DNA of 64,000 nucleotides from Betaproteobacteria bacterium (GTDB lineage Bacteria; Pseudomonadota; Gammaproteobacteria; Burkholderiales; Casimicrobiaceae): NCBI GenBank assembly GCA_013298145.1, contig JAAFJO010000009.1, positions 13,783 to 77,782 of the forward strand, read 5' to 3'. Shown piece by piece: positions 22,657 to 31,758 of this stretch (position 1 is its first letter; each line of letters starts with the position of its first letter). The notes under the pieces were generated by a model. It saw only the letters and a program-made list of their open reading frames with translations, ran no database searches and was not told where the DNA came from. The position numbers and the translations under genes were made by a program.

Positions 22657-23703
22657 CTAACGCGTGAGAGTAACTTTTGAGAGAAATCGTGGCTCGTCAG
22701 GGTTTCGCCCTCGTGCTCTTGCAAGTGCTTCGACGAGTGGATAAAAACTTTGTATTGCACAGATTGGATCGAGCAGGGGATGCGGTGCGGCGACAATCGG
22801 CAGATCAACGATCACCCCAGCGACAGCATCATCAATCGGCGCCGCAAGCAACACCCGCGCACCGCGTTCACGCATCTCGGTTGCCAAATGAATCAGCCCC
22901 GCCTGCGATGGCCCGCGAGGCGCGAAAATCAGGAGCGGATAGCCTTCTTCGATGAGCGCCATCGGGCCATGCTTGACCTCTGCGCCCGAAAACGCTTCGG
23001 CTTGAATGCCGCAGGTTTCTTTGAACTTAAGCGCTGCCTCTTGTGCGATCGCAAGCCCAGCGCCGCGACCGATCACAAAGAGGCGATCAACCGACGTAAG
23101 TGTGGAAAGCGCCGAACTCCAATCAATCTCGACTGCGATCTGAAGCGCGGGGCCGAGCTCTGGCAAGGCTGCGATCAACGCTTCGTCGCGCGACCAATGA
23201 GCGACGAGTTGAGCCCCCGCTGCAAGCTGCGCAATAAAACTCTTGGTTGCCGCCACACTTTGCTCTTTCCCGGCGCAGAGCGGAATGGTGTGCTCCGCAG
23301 CGCTCGCAAGTGGCGAGTCTTCGACGTTCACGAAGGCTGCGGTAATTGCACCATCGCGGCGGAAAAATTCCATCGGCGCAATCAAATCAGGACTTCGCCC
23401 CGACTGCGAAAACGCAAACACCGCGACGCCCTTCCCAGAAAGTGGCGCGTTTTCCATCGTGATGAGCGACATGGGCAAGGAGGTCACCCAGCAACCAAGT
23501 CGCGCCATCACGAGATAAGCAAAAAAACTCGCAGCATGATCTGAACTTCCCCGAGCTACCGTGCAAACTGTCTGGGGCGGAGATTCAATTAGTTTATTAG
23601 CAAGGTAGTCAATTTTCTCTCGATTGCCCTTTATTAGCTGGGCCACGACTGAAAAAGCTTTCCTGCTTTCCGCGAGCATGTGTGTGCTTCTGTGTGTGCT
23701 CAT
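22657..23703 (-). CDS. SIS-domain glucosamine-6-phosphate deaminase (NagB-II type, GlmS isomerase-domain homologue)
   Basis: 348 aa with two SIS repeats (ARGSSDHAASF..., FAFSQSGRSPD, VIGRGAGLAIAQEAALKFKETC) and no glutaminase domain. It lies between murQ and nagA. Confidence 0.8.
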   Translation of the reverse strand: MSTHRSTHMLAESRKAFSVVAQLIKGNREKIDYLANKLIESPPQTVCTVARGSSDHAASFFAYLVMARLGCWVTSLPMSLITMENAPLSGKGVAVFAFSQSGRSPDLIAPMEFFRRDGAITAAFVNVEDSPLASAAEHTIPLCAGKEQSVAATKSFIAQLAAGAQLVAHWSRDEALIAALPELGPALQIAVEIDWSSALSTLTSVDRLFVIGRGAGLAIAQEAALKFKETCGIQAEAFSGAEVKHGPMALIEEGYPLLIFAPRGPSQAGLIHLATEMRERGARVLLAAPIDDAVAGVIVDLPIVAAPHPLLDPICAIQSFYPLVEALARARGRNPDEPRFLSKVTLTR

Positions 23704-24836
23704 GCGCGCTCCTGAGACCTACCTTCGACGAACACATCCGTGAGCTTGAGATCACGATCTAGCACGAGCAAATCGGCGAACGCCCCTGGCGCGATGCGAC
23801 CGCGATCCGCGATGTTCAAAAAGTCGCACGCATAGGTAGATGTGCGACGCACCGCACTCAGCAAATCAAGCTGCAACACGTTAACCAAGTTTCGAAACGC
23901 CTCATCCATGGTGAGCGTTGAACCGGCGAGCGTTCCGTCGGGTAGTCGCACGCCCCCCAAGCATTTGCTAACGGTGTGACGTCCGAGGCGATATTCGCCA
24001 TCTGGCATTCCAGCGGCCGCCGTCGAATCAGTGACGCAGTAAACGCAAGGAATCGAGCGCATGGCAACACGAAGCGCGCCCTCGTGCACATGCTGCAAAT
24101 CAGGAATGATCTCAGCGTAGCGCGAGTGCGCAAGCGCAGCGCCTACCAAGCCGGGTTTGCGGTGATGCATCCCGCTCATCGCATTAAAGAGATGCGTCAC
24201 CCCGCGTGCGCCGCTCATGAAGCCAGCGCGGCCCTCCTCGTAGCTCGCTTCGCTGTGACCGAGTTGAACGACAAACCCCGCTCGGCTTAAATTCTGAATG
24301 GTCTCATTCGCGCCGGGCAGTTCAGGGGCAAGCGTTATCAGTTTGATCGGAGCGACAGCGTGAAGCGCTTGCAATTCTTCTTCGTCGAAATCGCGAGCAA
24401 ACGGCGGTTGCGCGCCGAGTTTGCCATCGCTGATATAGGGCCCCTCGAGATGCACGCCAAGAATTCGTGCGCCAAAAACACTCGTCGTTTGCTGCGCGCT
24501 CATCACATCAGCCAAACCGGTGAAAGCGTGCACAAGATCATCGCGCGGCGCGGTAAGCGTGGTGGCGAGCATGGCGGTCGTTCCGTGTTGTGCGTGGAGG
24601 CGCGCGATAGCGCCGCACGCGTTACCCGCATCCATCATGTCGTGCCCGCCGCCGCCATGCACGTGTAGATCGACGAAGCCGGGGACAACGATCGGCCGAT
24701 CGCCGCTGCGCAACCTCGCACTGTCGATCGGATGCCCTGCAATGCTTTCAATTCGCCCACCGGCGAAGCTCACCTGACCCTCAATGAAGCCGTCCTCCGT
24801 TGCGATATACCCGCGCAGTTGATACGTCACACTCAC
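23700..24836 (-). CDS. nagA: N-acetylglucosamine-6-phosphate deacetylase
   Basis: 378 aa with a GTG start overlapping the upstream stop. The metal-binding motifs are VVPGFVDLHVHGGGGHD, HLEGPY and THLFNAM. Confidence 0.92.
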   Translation of the reverse strand: MSVTYQLRGYIATEDGFIEGQVSFAGGRIESIAGHPIDSARLRSGDRPIVVPGFVDLHVHGGGGHDMMDAGNACGAIARLHAQHGTTAMLATTLTAPRDDLVHAFTGLADVMSAQQTTSVFGARILGVHLEGPYISDGKLGAQPPFARDFDEEELQALHAVAPIKLITLAPELPGANETIQNLSRAGFVVQLGHSEASYEEGRAGFMSGARGVTHLFNAMSGMHHRKPGLVGAALAHSRYAEIIPDLQHVHEGALRVAMRSIPCVYCVTDSTAAAGMPDGEYRLGRHTVSKCLGGVRLPDGTLAGSTLTMDEAFRNLVNVLQLDLLSAVRRTSTYACDFLNIADRGRIAPGAFADLLVLDRDLKLTDVFVEGRSQERA

Positions 24837-25606
24837 CTCGACTCGCCAGCGGCCACACTCACGCTGCTCGCCCGCGTCAGCTCGGCCACAAATTCATACA
24901 CATCCGCTCGGCAGTAAGAATCAGTCAATTCAATCGCACGGCCTTCCATCGAATACCCAACGCGGGTGACGTAGATGAGCGCGGTGCCCTTCGCGATTTC
25001 GAGCAATTGCGCTTGATCCGCCGTTGCATTCACCGCTGTGAGCTTCTGCAGCGCGCGAATGACCGGTGTACCCCCGTGATCGAGATACGAATACAGCGAT
25101 TGCTCAATGGCTGTTGGAGTGGGAACAAGGGCTTCGGGAAGACGACTGTATTCAATGGCCATCAGACTCTCATCCGCGCGACGCAAGCGCTTCAGGCGAG
25201 TCACACGTGCGCCCGGCGAGAGACCCAGCGAAACAAGCTCCTGCGCGTTTGCGACCGCAATATCGCGCTGCAGCCACGTGGACGAGCTCGCTAGCCCGCG
25301 AAGTCGAAGCTCCTCCGAAAAACTTGAGAGACGCGACAGCGGCTGTTCAAGATGCGGCGCGATGTAGGTGCCCGATCCGGGCTTCCGGATCACCAAACCC
25401 TTCTCGGAGACGACTTTCAGCGCCCGCCGTGCAGTGACGCGCGAAACATCGAGCAATTCAACCAGTTGCCGCTCGGAAGGCAGTCCATGATCGGCAGGCC
25501 AGGCCTTGCTCGATATCAGCTCCGACATCTTCCGCGCGATTTGCAAGTACTTTGGTGCGGGATCAATCTCGCTCGGCCGTAAATGCTTAAGCTCGGTGGG
25601 GGTCAT
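24833..25606 (-). CDS. GntR/HutC-family transcriptional regulator (NagQ-like)
   Basis: 257 aa. The N-terminal winged-helix motif is LPSERQLVELLDVSRVTARRALKVV, followed by a UTRA-type C-terminal domain. It is embedded in the amino-sugar operon. Confidence 0.85.
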   Translation of the reverse strand: MTPTELKHLRPSEIDPAPKYLQIARKMSELISSKAWPADHGLPSERQLVELLDVSRVTARRALKVVSEKGLVIRKPGSGTYIAPHLEQPLSRLSSFSEELRLRGLASSSTWLQRDIAVANAQELVSLGLSPGARVTRLKRLRRADESLMAIEYSRLPEALVPTPTAIEQSLYSYLDHGGTPVIRALQKLTAVNATADQAQLLEIAKGTALIYVTRVGYSMEGRAIELTDSYCRADVYEFVAELTRASSVSVAAGESR

Positions 25607-25650
25607 GCGTGCTTCACTGAAATGAACTGAAAACCATTGTGTAACAAACG

Positions 25651-26724
25651 CTACTGCGTTTGTACCTCTTCAGCCGATACGGCATAAACCCCATCGAGCC
25701 AGGCGACCACTTCCGCAGCGGCTGGATGTTCGAATGCAGCGTACTTCGCGCGTAGCGCCGCGCGCCGCGCGCCAAGGCGGAGCAGGCCGGCGTCCTGAAA
25801 TGCCAGCAAATCTTCGCGTAGCGCGAGTGCAAGGGACGAGCCGACAATCTTGTGCGCGGCCGACTCGAAAGCAGATGCGTAGTCGTAGCGATCACCTTTT
25901 GCGTAGAGCTCGACGAGACTCAATGCCGGGATCAAGCTGAGCGTGGATTGCAGCGCGGGGTTGATCATGTGCGCAGCGATGAGGGAGGCGTTAGCAGCGT
26001 CGCGCCCGGTGAACGCCCGAAGATGAAGCTGGCTTGACATCCGAGGACCGTCGTTCACGGGATAGTTATCCCACAACGTCGGCGCTCGGCACAGTTGCTC
26101 TGAAATGGTTTCAAGATGTGATCGGCTGATCTGTCGTGAGCACACCTCCGGGCCAGTCCAGAACACTTCAATTGCAGGATCAAGCGCGGCGCCAAGCGTT
26201 TCCAGATAGCGATGAGGCCGCGCGCCGAATACGCGGTCAAGCACGATATCGCTGCTGTAGTAGCTCGGACAGACTACGAACTTCGCGCTCGGATGCGCGT
26301 GCGTTGCCTCGTCCACGATTTGAAGTTGAACCGACGCGAGATCCTCGCCGATGCCCTCCATATCGTCGAAGAGAATCGCAATACGCGCAACACCCAGGTT
26401 CGCGAGCCGCGTGATCTGCGCTCGAAACATCGCAAGGCGAGCCTTTGTGAGCGCGTCTTGCAATCCGTACGGGCTGATGCCCACACCAAATTCGACGCCG
26501 AGGCCGTTGCATTCGCGCCCAAATTCGGTGACGTTCGCCATCCATGCGTCGCTATAGGGCGAATCCCACTCGCGCCTGAGCGCACGATCGGCCTTCGGCG
26601 CGTAGAGGTATCGCGAAAAGCCGGCGACTGCGACGCGCTGCAAAACAAATCGTCGCTCGTCCCAAGACCAGGACGGGCCGAAGAAGCCTTCCACGATGCC
26701 GAGCGGTGGCGTCACGCTGTTCAC
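25651..26724 (-). CDS. GH84-like beta-N-acetylglucosaminidase (O-GlcNAcase/NagJ catalytic domain only), no signal peptide
   Basis: 357 aa with GTG start. GIVEGFFGPSWSWDER...YLYAPKADRALRREW...ILFDDM carries the adjacent Asp-Asp pair (codons at 26362-26367) characteristic of GH84 catalytic centres. It is the first gene of the operon. Confidence 0.72.
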   Translation of the reverse strand: MNSVTPPLGIVEGFFGPSWSWDERRFVLQRVAVAGFSRYLYAPKADRALRREWDSPYSDAWMANVTEFGRECNGLGVEFGVGISPYGLQDALTKARLAMFRAQITRLANLGVARIAILFDDMEGIGEDLASVQLQIVDEATHAHPSAKFVVCPSYYSSDIVLDRVFGARPHRYLETLGAALDPAIEVFWTGPEVCSRQISRSHLETISEQLCRAPTLWDNYPVNDGPRMSSQLHLRAFTGRDAANASLIAAHMINPALQSTLSLIPALSLVELYAKGDRYDYASAFESAAHKIVGSSLALALREDLLAFQDAGLLRLGARRAALRAKYAAFEHPAAAEVVAWLDGVYAVSAEEVQTQ

Positions 26725-26802
26725 AACCCTTCTGGAGACGTCGGTCCGGGCAAACGCTCATCATGAGCACTCGCCGCAAAACGAACTACCGATGGCAAAA
26801 AT

Positions 26803-26820
26803 AGTACCACTTTAATACCA
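26803..26820 (-). promoter_or_regulatory. Candidate NagQ operator (tandem TGGTAnT repeats)
   Basis: The minus strand reads TGGTATT-AAAG-TGGTACT, i.e. two heptamers spaced by 4 bp (11-bp period). It lies 79-96 nt upstream of the first operon gene. It matches my recollection of the NagQ motif defined by comparative genomics. Confidence 0.45.
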
Positions 26821-27176
26821 CCAATGAGCTTGAGGCGTCAACGAAGTTTTTCGACGGGTGCGCGCAGATATTCCCTAGATGCGTTGACCTCCGACGAGGC
26901 AGACTTCAAGGACCCATCTTACGAGGCTAATCGATAATCAACATCTACCGCAAAACTCACGTTTTATAAGGACTAGATGACTAAATAATGATTTTTTGCT
27001 ATTGTCACGGATTGCTTCTAGCCCCAAAAAAAGTAGGCTTAATTAAAAATTCTGTTAACAGCCAAGCGGTACGCGCAAACAAAGCGCATGAACCAGGAGC
27101 ACGGGAAGTTACGCACAATTCCACACAGTTTCAATTTCTATAATCCGGCAACTCATTTTCCGGCGGGATTCCTTTC

Positions 27177-28637
27177 ATGCTCATCACCTCAGTCGTCGTC
27201 TACATGGCGATCACGATTGGTATCGGCCTTTGGGCTGCGAAAAACGTCCACAACACGAAGGACTACCTGGTTGCGGGTCGCTCGTTGCCGCTGTCGATCA
27301 ACATGGCCACCGTTTTCGCCACCTGGTTCGGCGCTGAGACCGTGCTTTCCGTCAGCGCGACTTTTGCGCGAGACGGGTTGGTAGGCATCCCGGCTGACCC
27401 GTTTGGTGCCACAGCTTGCCTCCTCATCGCTGCGCTTTGCTTTGCCAAAGTGTTCTATCGCATGAACTTGATGACGCTGGGTGACTTCTATCGCAAGCGC
27501 TACGACTCGAAAATCGAAGTGGTCACCAGCCTTTGCGTTTCGATCAGCTATCTTGGTTGGACAAGCGCGCAGCTCACGGCGCTCGGTCTCGTCATCTGGA
27601 TTCTCTCGGGCGGTGCGCTTACGCTCACGCAAGGCATCATCATCGGCGCGGCCATCGTCTTGGTTTACACGATTTTTGGCGGCATGTGGTCAATTGCATT
27701 TACAGACGTGCTGCAAACCGTCGTCATCATCGTCGGGCTGAGCGTCGTTGCGTTTGTTTTAGGTGACATGGCTGGCGGGGCAAGCAAGGTCATTGCCACC
27801 GCAGCGGCAGAAGGTAAGCTGCAGTTCTTCCCCTCTGGCGGACTCTCTGATTGGCTCACCTGGATCGCGGCATTTTTGACCATCGCGCTCGGCTCAATCC
27901 CTCAACAAGACGTGTTCCAGCGAATGACGTCGGCGAAGGATGAGAAGACGGCTGTACGCGGCACCGTGTTCGGTAGCGTCATTTATCTGTTCTTCGCGTT
28001 CGTGCCGATGTTCATTGCCTTCTCGGCGCTCATGATCGATCCGACACTGCGTGAACTGTTCAAGAGCGAGGACGCGCGAGAAATCCAACGCGTGCTGCCC
28101 GACATTATTTTGAACAAGACGCCGCTCTACATACAGATCCTGTTCTTTGGTGCGCTGCTCTCAGCAATCATGTCAACCGCATCCGGAGCGCTCTTGGCAC
28201 CGACCGCGATTTTCACGAACAACGTGATCAAGCCGTTTGTGCCCAACATGAGTGATCAAGCTTTGTTGAAGGCTGTGCGCGTCACGCTCGTGGTGTTCTG
28301 CGTCGCAGCGCTCATCTTTGCAGTGAATTCGAGAAGCACCATGTACGAGATGATTCAAAACGCATACAAGGTGACGCTTGCGGGCGCCTTCGTTCCGCTC
28401 TTCTTTGGCGTCTTCTGGAAGCGCGCCAACAGCGCGGGCGCTGCAGCTTCGATCTTTTTCGGATTGATGACGTGGATTGGCGCAGAGCTTAAGTGGTATC
28501 CGACGTCAATTGCGGGCACTGACGTTCCGCCGCAATTCTTCGGCCTCTTCGCCGCAATCGCTGCGATGGTGATCGTGAGTATTTCGACCGAAAAAATGTT
28601 GCCGTCGAAACATCACGAAGCCATACCTTCACGGTAA
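27177..28637 (+). CDS. Sodium:solute symporter (SSS) family transporter
   Basis: 486 aa with ATG start and about 13 TM helices. The N-terminus IGIGLWAAKNVHNTKDYLVAGRSLPLSINMATVFATWFGAETVL is typical of SSS carriers. The substrate cannot be determined from sequence. Confidence 0.85.
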   Translation: MLITSVVVYMAITIGIGLWAAKNVHNTKDYLVAGRSLPLSINMATVFATWFGAETVLSVSATFARDGLVGIPADPFGATACLLIAALCFAKVFYRMNLMTLGDFYRKRYDSKIEVVTSLCVSISYLGWTSAQLTALGLVIWILSGGALTLTQGIIIGAAIVLVYTIFGGMWSIAFTDVLQTVVIIVGLSVVAFVLGDMAGGASKVIATAAAEGKLQFFPSGGLSDWLTWIAAFLTIALGSIPQQDVFQRMTSAKDEKTAVRGTVFGSVIYLFFAFVPMFIAFSALMIDPTLRELFKSEDAREIQRVLPDIILNKTPLYIQILFFGALLSAIMSTASGALLAPTAIFTNNVIKPFVPNMSDQALLKAVRVTLVVFCVAALIFAVNSRSTMYEMIQNAYKVTLAGAFVPLFFGVFWKRANSAGAAASIFFGLMTWIGAELKWYPTSIAGTDVPPQFFGLFAAIAAMVIVSISTEKMLPSKHHEAIPSR

Positions 28638-28650
28638 TAGCTAGCCGAGA

Positions 28651-28682
28651 GCAGCACGCAATGAATAGCGTGCTGCCTTTCT
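28651..28682 (+). terminator. Putative terminator hairpin after the SSS gene
   Basis: Perfect 9-bp stem GCAGCACGC/GCGTGCTGC with an 8-nt loop, 14 nt after the stop codon. The tail is only CTTTCT, a weak U-tract. Confidence 0.45.
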
Positions 28683-28772
28683 GCGCTGGGCGACGAAAGC
28701 GCGCCGCACAAAGCGGCGGGAGCGTGTCGGCGGAAGTCTTTAGAATTGAGAGCGTTGCGTTTTATCGCAACA

Positions 28773-28860
28773 ACAACGCTAGGGGTGCTGGTCCCATCGG
28801 ATCGGCTGAGATAACACCCTAGAACTTGATCAAGGTAATACTTGCGCAGGGAAGCGTTGT
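28773..28860 (+). promoter_or_regulatory. TPP (thiamine pyrophosphate) riboswitch, THI element
   Basis: 8-bp P1 helix ACAACGCT/AGCGTTGT enclosing the conserved blocks UAGGGGUGC, GCUGAGA, ACCC, GAACUUGAUCAAGGUAAUACUUGCG and CAGGGAAG. It lies about 70 nt upstream of the TonB-dependent receptor start. Confidence 0.9.
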
Positions 28861-28928
28861 GGATTTACACGCGATCCCGGCGGGTGAGCGTTCGTCCACG
28901 TACTGCCCTGCCATCGAAAGGACACTCG

Positions 28929-31151
28929 ATGGCTTTTTCAAAGCTCACTTCACGTAGCGGCTCCTCCCGCTCATCCAACCCCACCTTTGCTCGCAGCGCG
29001 TCATTGACGCTCGTCGCGCTCGCCTGCGCGCAAGCGTTCGCGCAAGATGCACCGCAACGCGTCGAGCCGATTACCGTCAGTGCGCGCTCGGCCCCCGTAC
29101 TTGAAGCGGAATCCGCCGATGTCGGCGGCTTCGACGCGCCGATCGCTAAAACGCCGCAAAGCGTTTCAGTGATCGGCAACGATTTGCTCAACGCGCTTGG
29201 CATTCGCACGCTCTCCTCCGCGCTCAAGCTCGACGCATCGCTCGCCGACAACTACAACGCAGGCGGCTATATCGAGAGCCTTTCGGTGCGCGGCTTCGTG
29301 CTCGATCAAACCAACAACTTCAAACGCAACGGCCTCGCAAACTCAAACTACGCGCCTATCGCCTTTGAAAATAAAGAGCGAATCGAAATATTGAAGGGCG
29401 CAGCGGGGCTGCAAGCAGGCGTCGCCGCGCCGGGCGGGCTTATCAATGTCGTAACGAAGCAGCCGCTGCGCGACGCGTTTACGGTGGTCTCGCTGGATGC
29501 GGATCGCTGGTCCAACTCGAAAGTGCATGTCGATAGCAACACGCGGCTAGGTAGCGCAGGGCTTCGCGTCAACGTCGCCGCGGAGCGGATTGATAATCAT
29601 TGGGCAGGTGCACGCGGTGATCGCGCCCTCGCGAGCGCAGCGTTTGCGCTGCCGCTTTCGCGCGATACGTCCTTGTTGATCGATCTCGAGCATCATCGCC
29701 AAAGCCAGCCCTCAGTGCCCGGCTTCGGATTACTCGACCGAGATGGCGATGGCGTGGCGGAGAGCTTGCCGGAAGCGCGGAAACTCTGGCGTACCAATCT
29801 GAATAATCAGCCCTGGTCGCTACCCGTGGTTACACGCACGACTCAAGCCACTGCAAAGCTGTCGCATCGGATCAATGCCGATTGGAATGTCCAAGTCGGC
29901 GTTCATCTGTTTCGCACCCAGATTGATGATCGTATTGCCTTCCCCGATGGCTGCAGTAGCGCCGCCAACTATGTCTATCCGGGGCTCTGCGGGAATGGCG
30001 ATGTCGACATTTACGATTTCCGCAATGATGGCGAACGTCGTCAATTGACCAGTTTCGAAGCAGCGCTGCAGGGCAAGTTCAACGCACTCTCCACCGAGCA
30101 TCGCGTACGTGTAGCGCTCAGCGGTCGCGACGGCGCGGTGCGCCAGCCGACGCTGGGTGCCTACAACTTTGCGGGTACAGTGAACGCGTTTTCACCGAGC
30201 GTCCTCGCCGCGAATCCCACGCTAGAGTCAGTCAATACGCTGTCGGACGAACGCGCGCTTGAGCTGAGCGCCTCGCTCCGTTCATTGTGGAGCGCGCGCT
30301 TGGAAAGTTTCGTGGGCGTGCGCCTCGCTCAAGTGGATCGGTCGAGCGTGAATACCGATGGCTCGCGCGCGGTTTCACTCTCCCAAACTCACGCCACGCC
30401 GTTCATCGCTGGCGTCTACAACTTCAATGCAACTCAGTCGGCGTACGCCCAATTTTCTCAGGGCGTAGAGACCGAATCCGTACCAAATCGACCTAGCCGC
30501 TTTATCAACGCTGGTGCTGCACTTCCGGGGGCAAAGAGCGATCAGTTAGAGCTCGGTTGGAAATGGCAAGCCAATCCGCGAACGCTCGTGACCGGTGCAG
30601 TATTTCAGATCGAAAAGCCGTATTCCGATGATCGCATCGAACCCAGCGATGCACGCGGTCGCCCCTTGCGAATTGCGGCGGCAAAGCTCGCGCGGCATCG
30701 CGGCGTGGAGCTTAGTCTCACCGGGCGCGCGACCGATGCGCTCTCACTGCAGGCCAGCGCCACGTATTTGGACGCACGCTACACCCGCGCGCTTAACAGC
30801 GAGCTAATCGATCAACGCGTCACCAACGTGCCGCGATTCGCGCTATCGCTCTTCGCCGATTACAAAGTCGCCGCAGTACGCGGGCTCTCCATCAACTCGC
30901 TGCTCTATGTTCAATCGGGAAAAACGGTCGATTCGTTTGGGCAGGTGTCGTTGCCCCGCGCATTGCAGATCGATCTCGGTGCGAGCTATCAGGCGCGGCT
31001 CGCGAACCGCCTCACGACTGCGCGGCTCACAGTCGAAAACATTGCGGACGGCGCCTACTGGCGTGAAGCACCCACCACAAGCTGGGGCGGCCAGTATCTC
31101 TTCGCGAGCGCGCCGCGTAACGTGAAGTTCAGCGTGAGCACGGAGTTCTAG
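28929..31151 (+). CDS. TonB-dependent outer-membrane receptor (thiamine/vitamin-type, riboswitch-controlled)
   Basis: The start is refined to ATG 28929 (AAGGA 6 nt upstream). The signal peptide ends in AQAFAQD. It has plug-domain motifs (TPQSVSVIGNDLL, RIEILKGAAG) and a C-terminal beta-barrel ending in ...STEF. Confidence 0.9.
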   Translation: MAFSKLTSRSGSSRSSNPTFARSASLTLVALACAQAFAQDAPQRVEPITVSARSAPVLEAESADVGGFDAPIAKTPQSVSVIGNDLLNALGIRTLSSALKLDASLADNYNAGGYIESLSVRGFVLDQTNNFKRNGLANSNYAPIAFENKERIEILKGAAGLQAGVAAPGGLINVVTKQPLRDAFTVVSLDADRWSNSKVHVDSNTRLGSAGLRVNVAAERIDNHWAGARGDRALASAAFALPLSRDTSLLIDLEHHRQSQPSVPGFGLLDRDGDGVAESLPEARKLWRTNLNNQPWSLPVVTRTTQATAKLSHRINADWNVQVGVHLFRTQIDDRIAFPDGCSSAANYVYPGLCGNGDVDIYDFRNDGERRQLTSFEAALQGKFNALSTEHRVRVALSGRDGAVRQPTLGAYNFAGTVNAFSPSVLAANPTLESVNTLSDERALELSASLRSLWSARLESFVGVRLAQVDRSSVNTDGSRAVSLSQTHATPFIAGVYNFNATQSAYAQFSQGVETESVPNRPSRFINAGAALPGAKSDQLELGWKWQANPRTLVTGAVFQIEKPYSDDRIEPSDARGRPLRIAAAKLARHRGVELSLTGRATDALSLQASATYLDARYTRALNSELIDQRVTNVPRFALSLFADYKVAAVRGLSINSLLYVQSGKTVDSFGQVSLPRALQIDLGASYQARLANRLTTARLTVENIADGAYWREAPTTSWGGQYLFASAPRNVKFSVSTEF

Positions 31152-31158
31152 ACGCATC

Positions 31159-31758
31159 ATGCTTGCCACTGCATTTCATTTCTTTGGCGCTGCGGTATCT
31201 TGGCTAGAGGTGGTCGCCTTCGTATTGGCGCTGGCCATGGTGATCTGCAGCGCTTACGAGAAGCCGCTCACCTGGCCGCTCGCCATCGTCTCGTCGGCGC
31301 TTTACGTGTGGCTCTTCTACGTGAGCAAACTCTACGGCGAAACGATCGTGAACGTGTTTTTCGTGCTTTCCGGGCTCTATGGTTGGTTCCAGTGGCTATT
31401 CGGTCACCGTGATCGCTCGCGCGAGCCGCTTCGGGTGGCTCGCTTGCCGTCGCGCGGCTTAGCGCTCACCGTTGCCGCGTGGGCGATCGGTTGGCTTGCT
31501 TTCGGCGCATTTCTAGCCCGGTTTACTGATAGCGATGTCCCGTGGGCAGATGCGTTTGTCACTGCGGGTAGCTTCGTTGGTACCGTATTACTGGCTAAAA
31601 AATACATCGAAAACTGGCCGGTTTGGATCGTGGTGAACGCGGCAAGCGTCGCGCTCTTCATCTACAAATCCCTCTGGCTCACCACCCTGCTCTACGCGAT
31701 CCTTTTTGCATTTAGTTTTTGGGGTTGGCGCATTTGGCGACGAGCGCTTGCCGCATGA
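31159..31758 (+). CDS. PnuC-family vitamin transporter (PnuT-like, predicted thiamine uptake)
   Basis: 199 aa with about 7 TM helices. PnuC signatures are present (WLEVVAFVLALAMVICSAYEKPLTWPLAIVSSALYVWLFYVSKLYGE...YGWFQW). It is in the same operon as the TPP riboswitch. Confidence 0.85.
   Translation: MLATAFHFFGAAVSWLEVVAFVLALAMVICSAYEKPLTWPLAIVSSALYVWLFYVSKLYGETIVNVFFVLSGLYGWFQWLFGHRDRSREPLRVARLPSRGLALTVAAWAIGWLAFGAFLARFTDSDVPWADAFVTAGSFVGTVLLAKKYIENWPVWIVVNAASVALFIYKSLWLTTLLYAILFAFSFWGWRIWRRALAA

Noticed and set aside
27139-27144. Perfect TATAAT hexamer 33 nt upstream of the SSS transporter start.
   Set aside because: No acceptable -35 hexamer lies at 16-18 bp spacing (best candidates are ACAATT and CAATTC). 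In an AT-rich spacer a chance TATAAT is likely, so I did not report it as a promoter.
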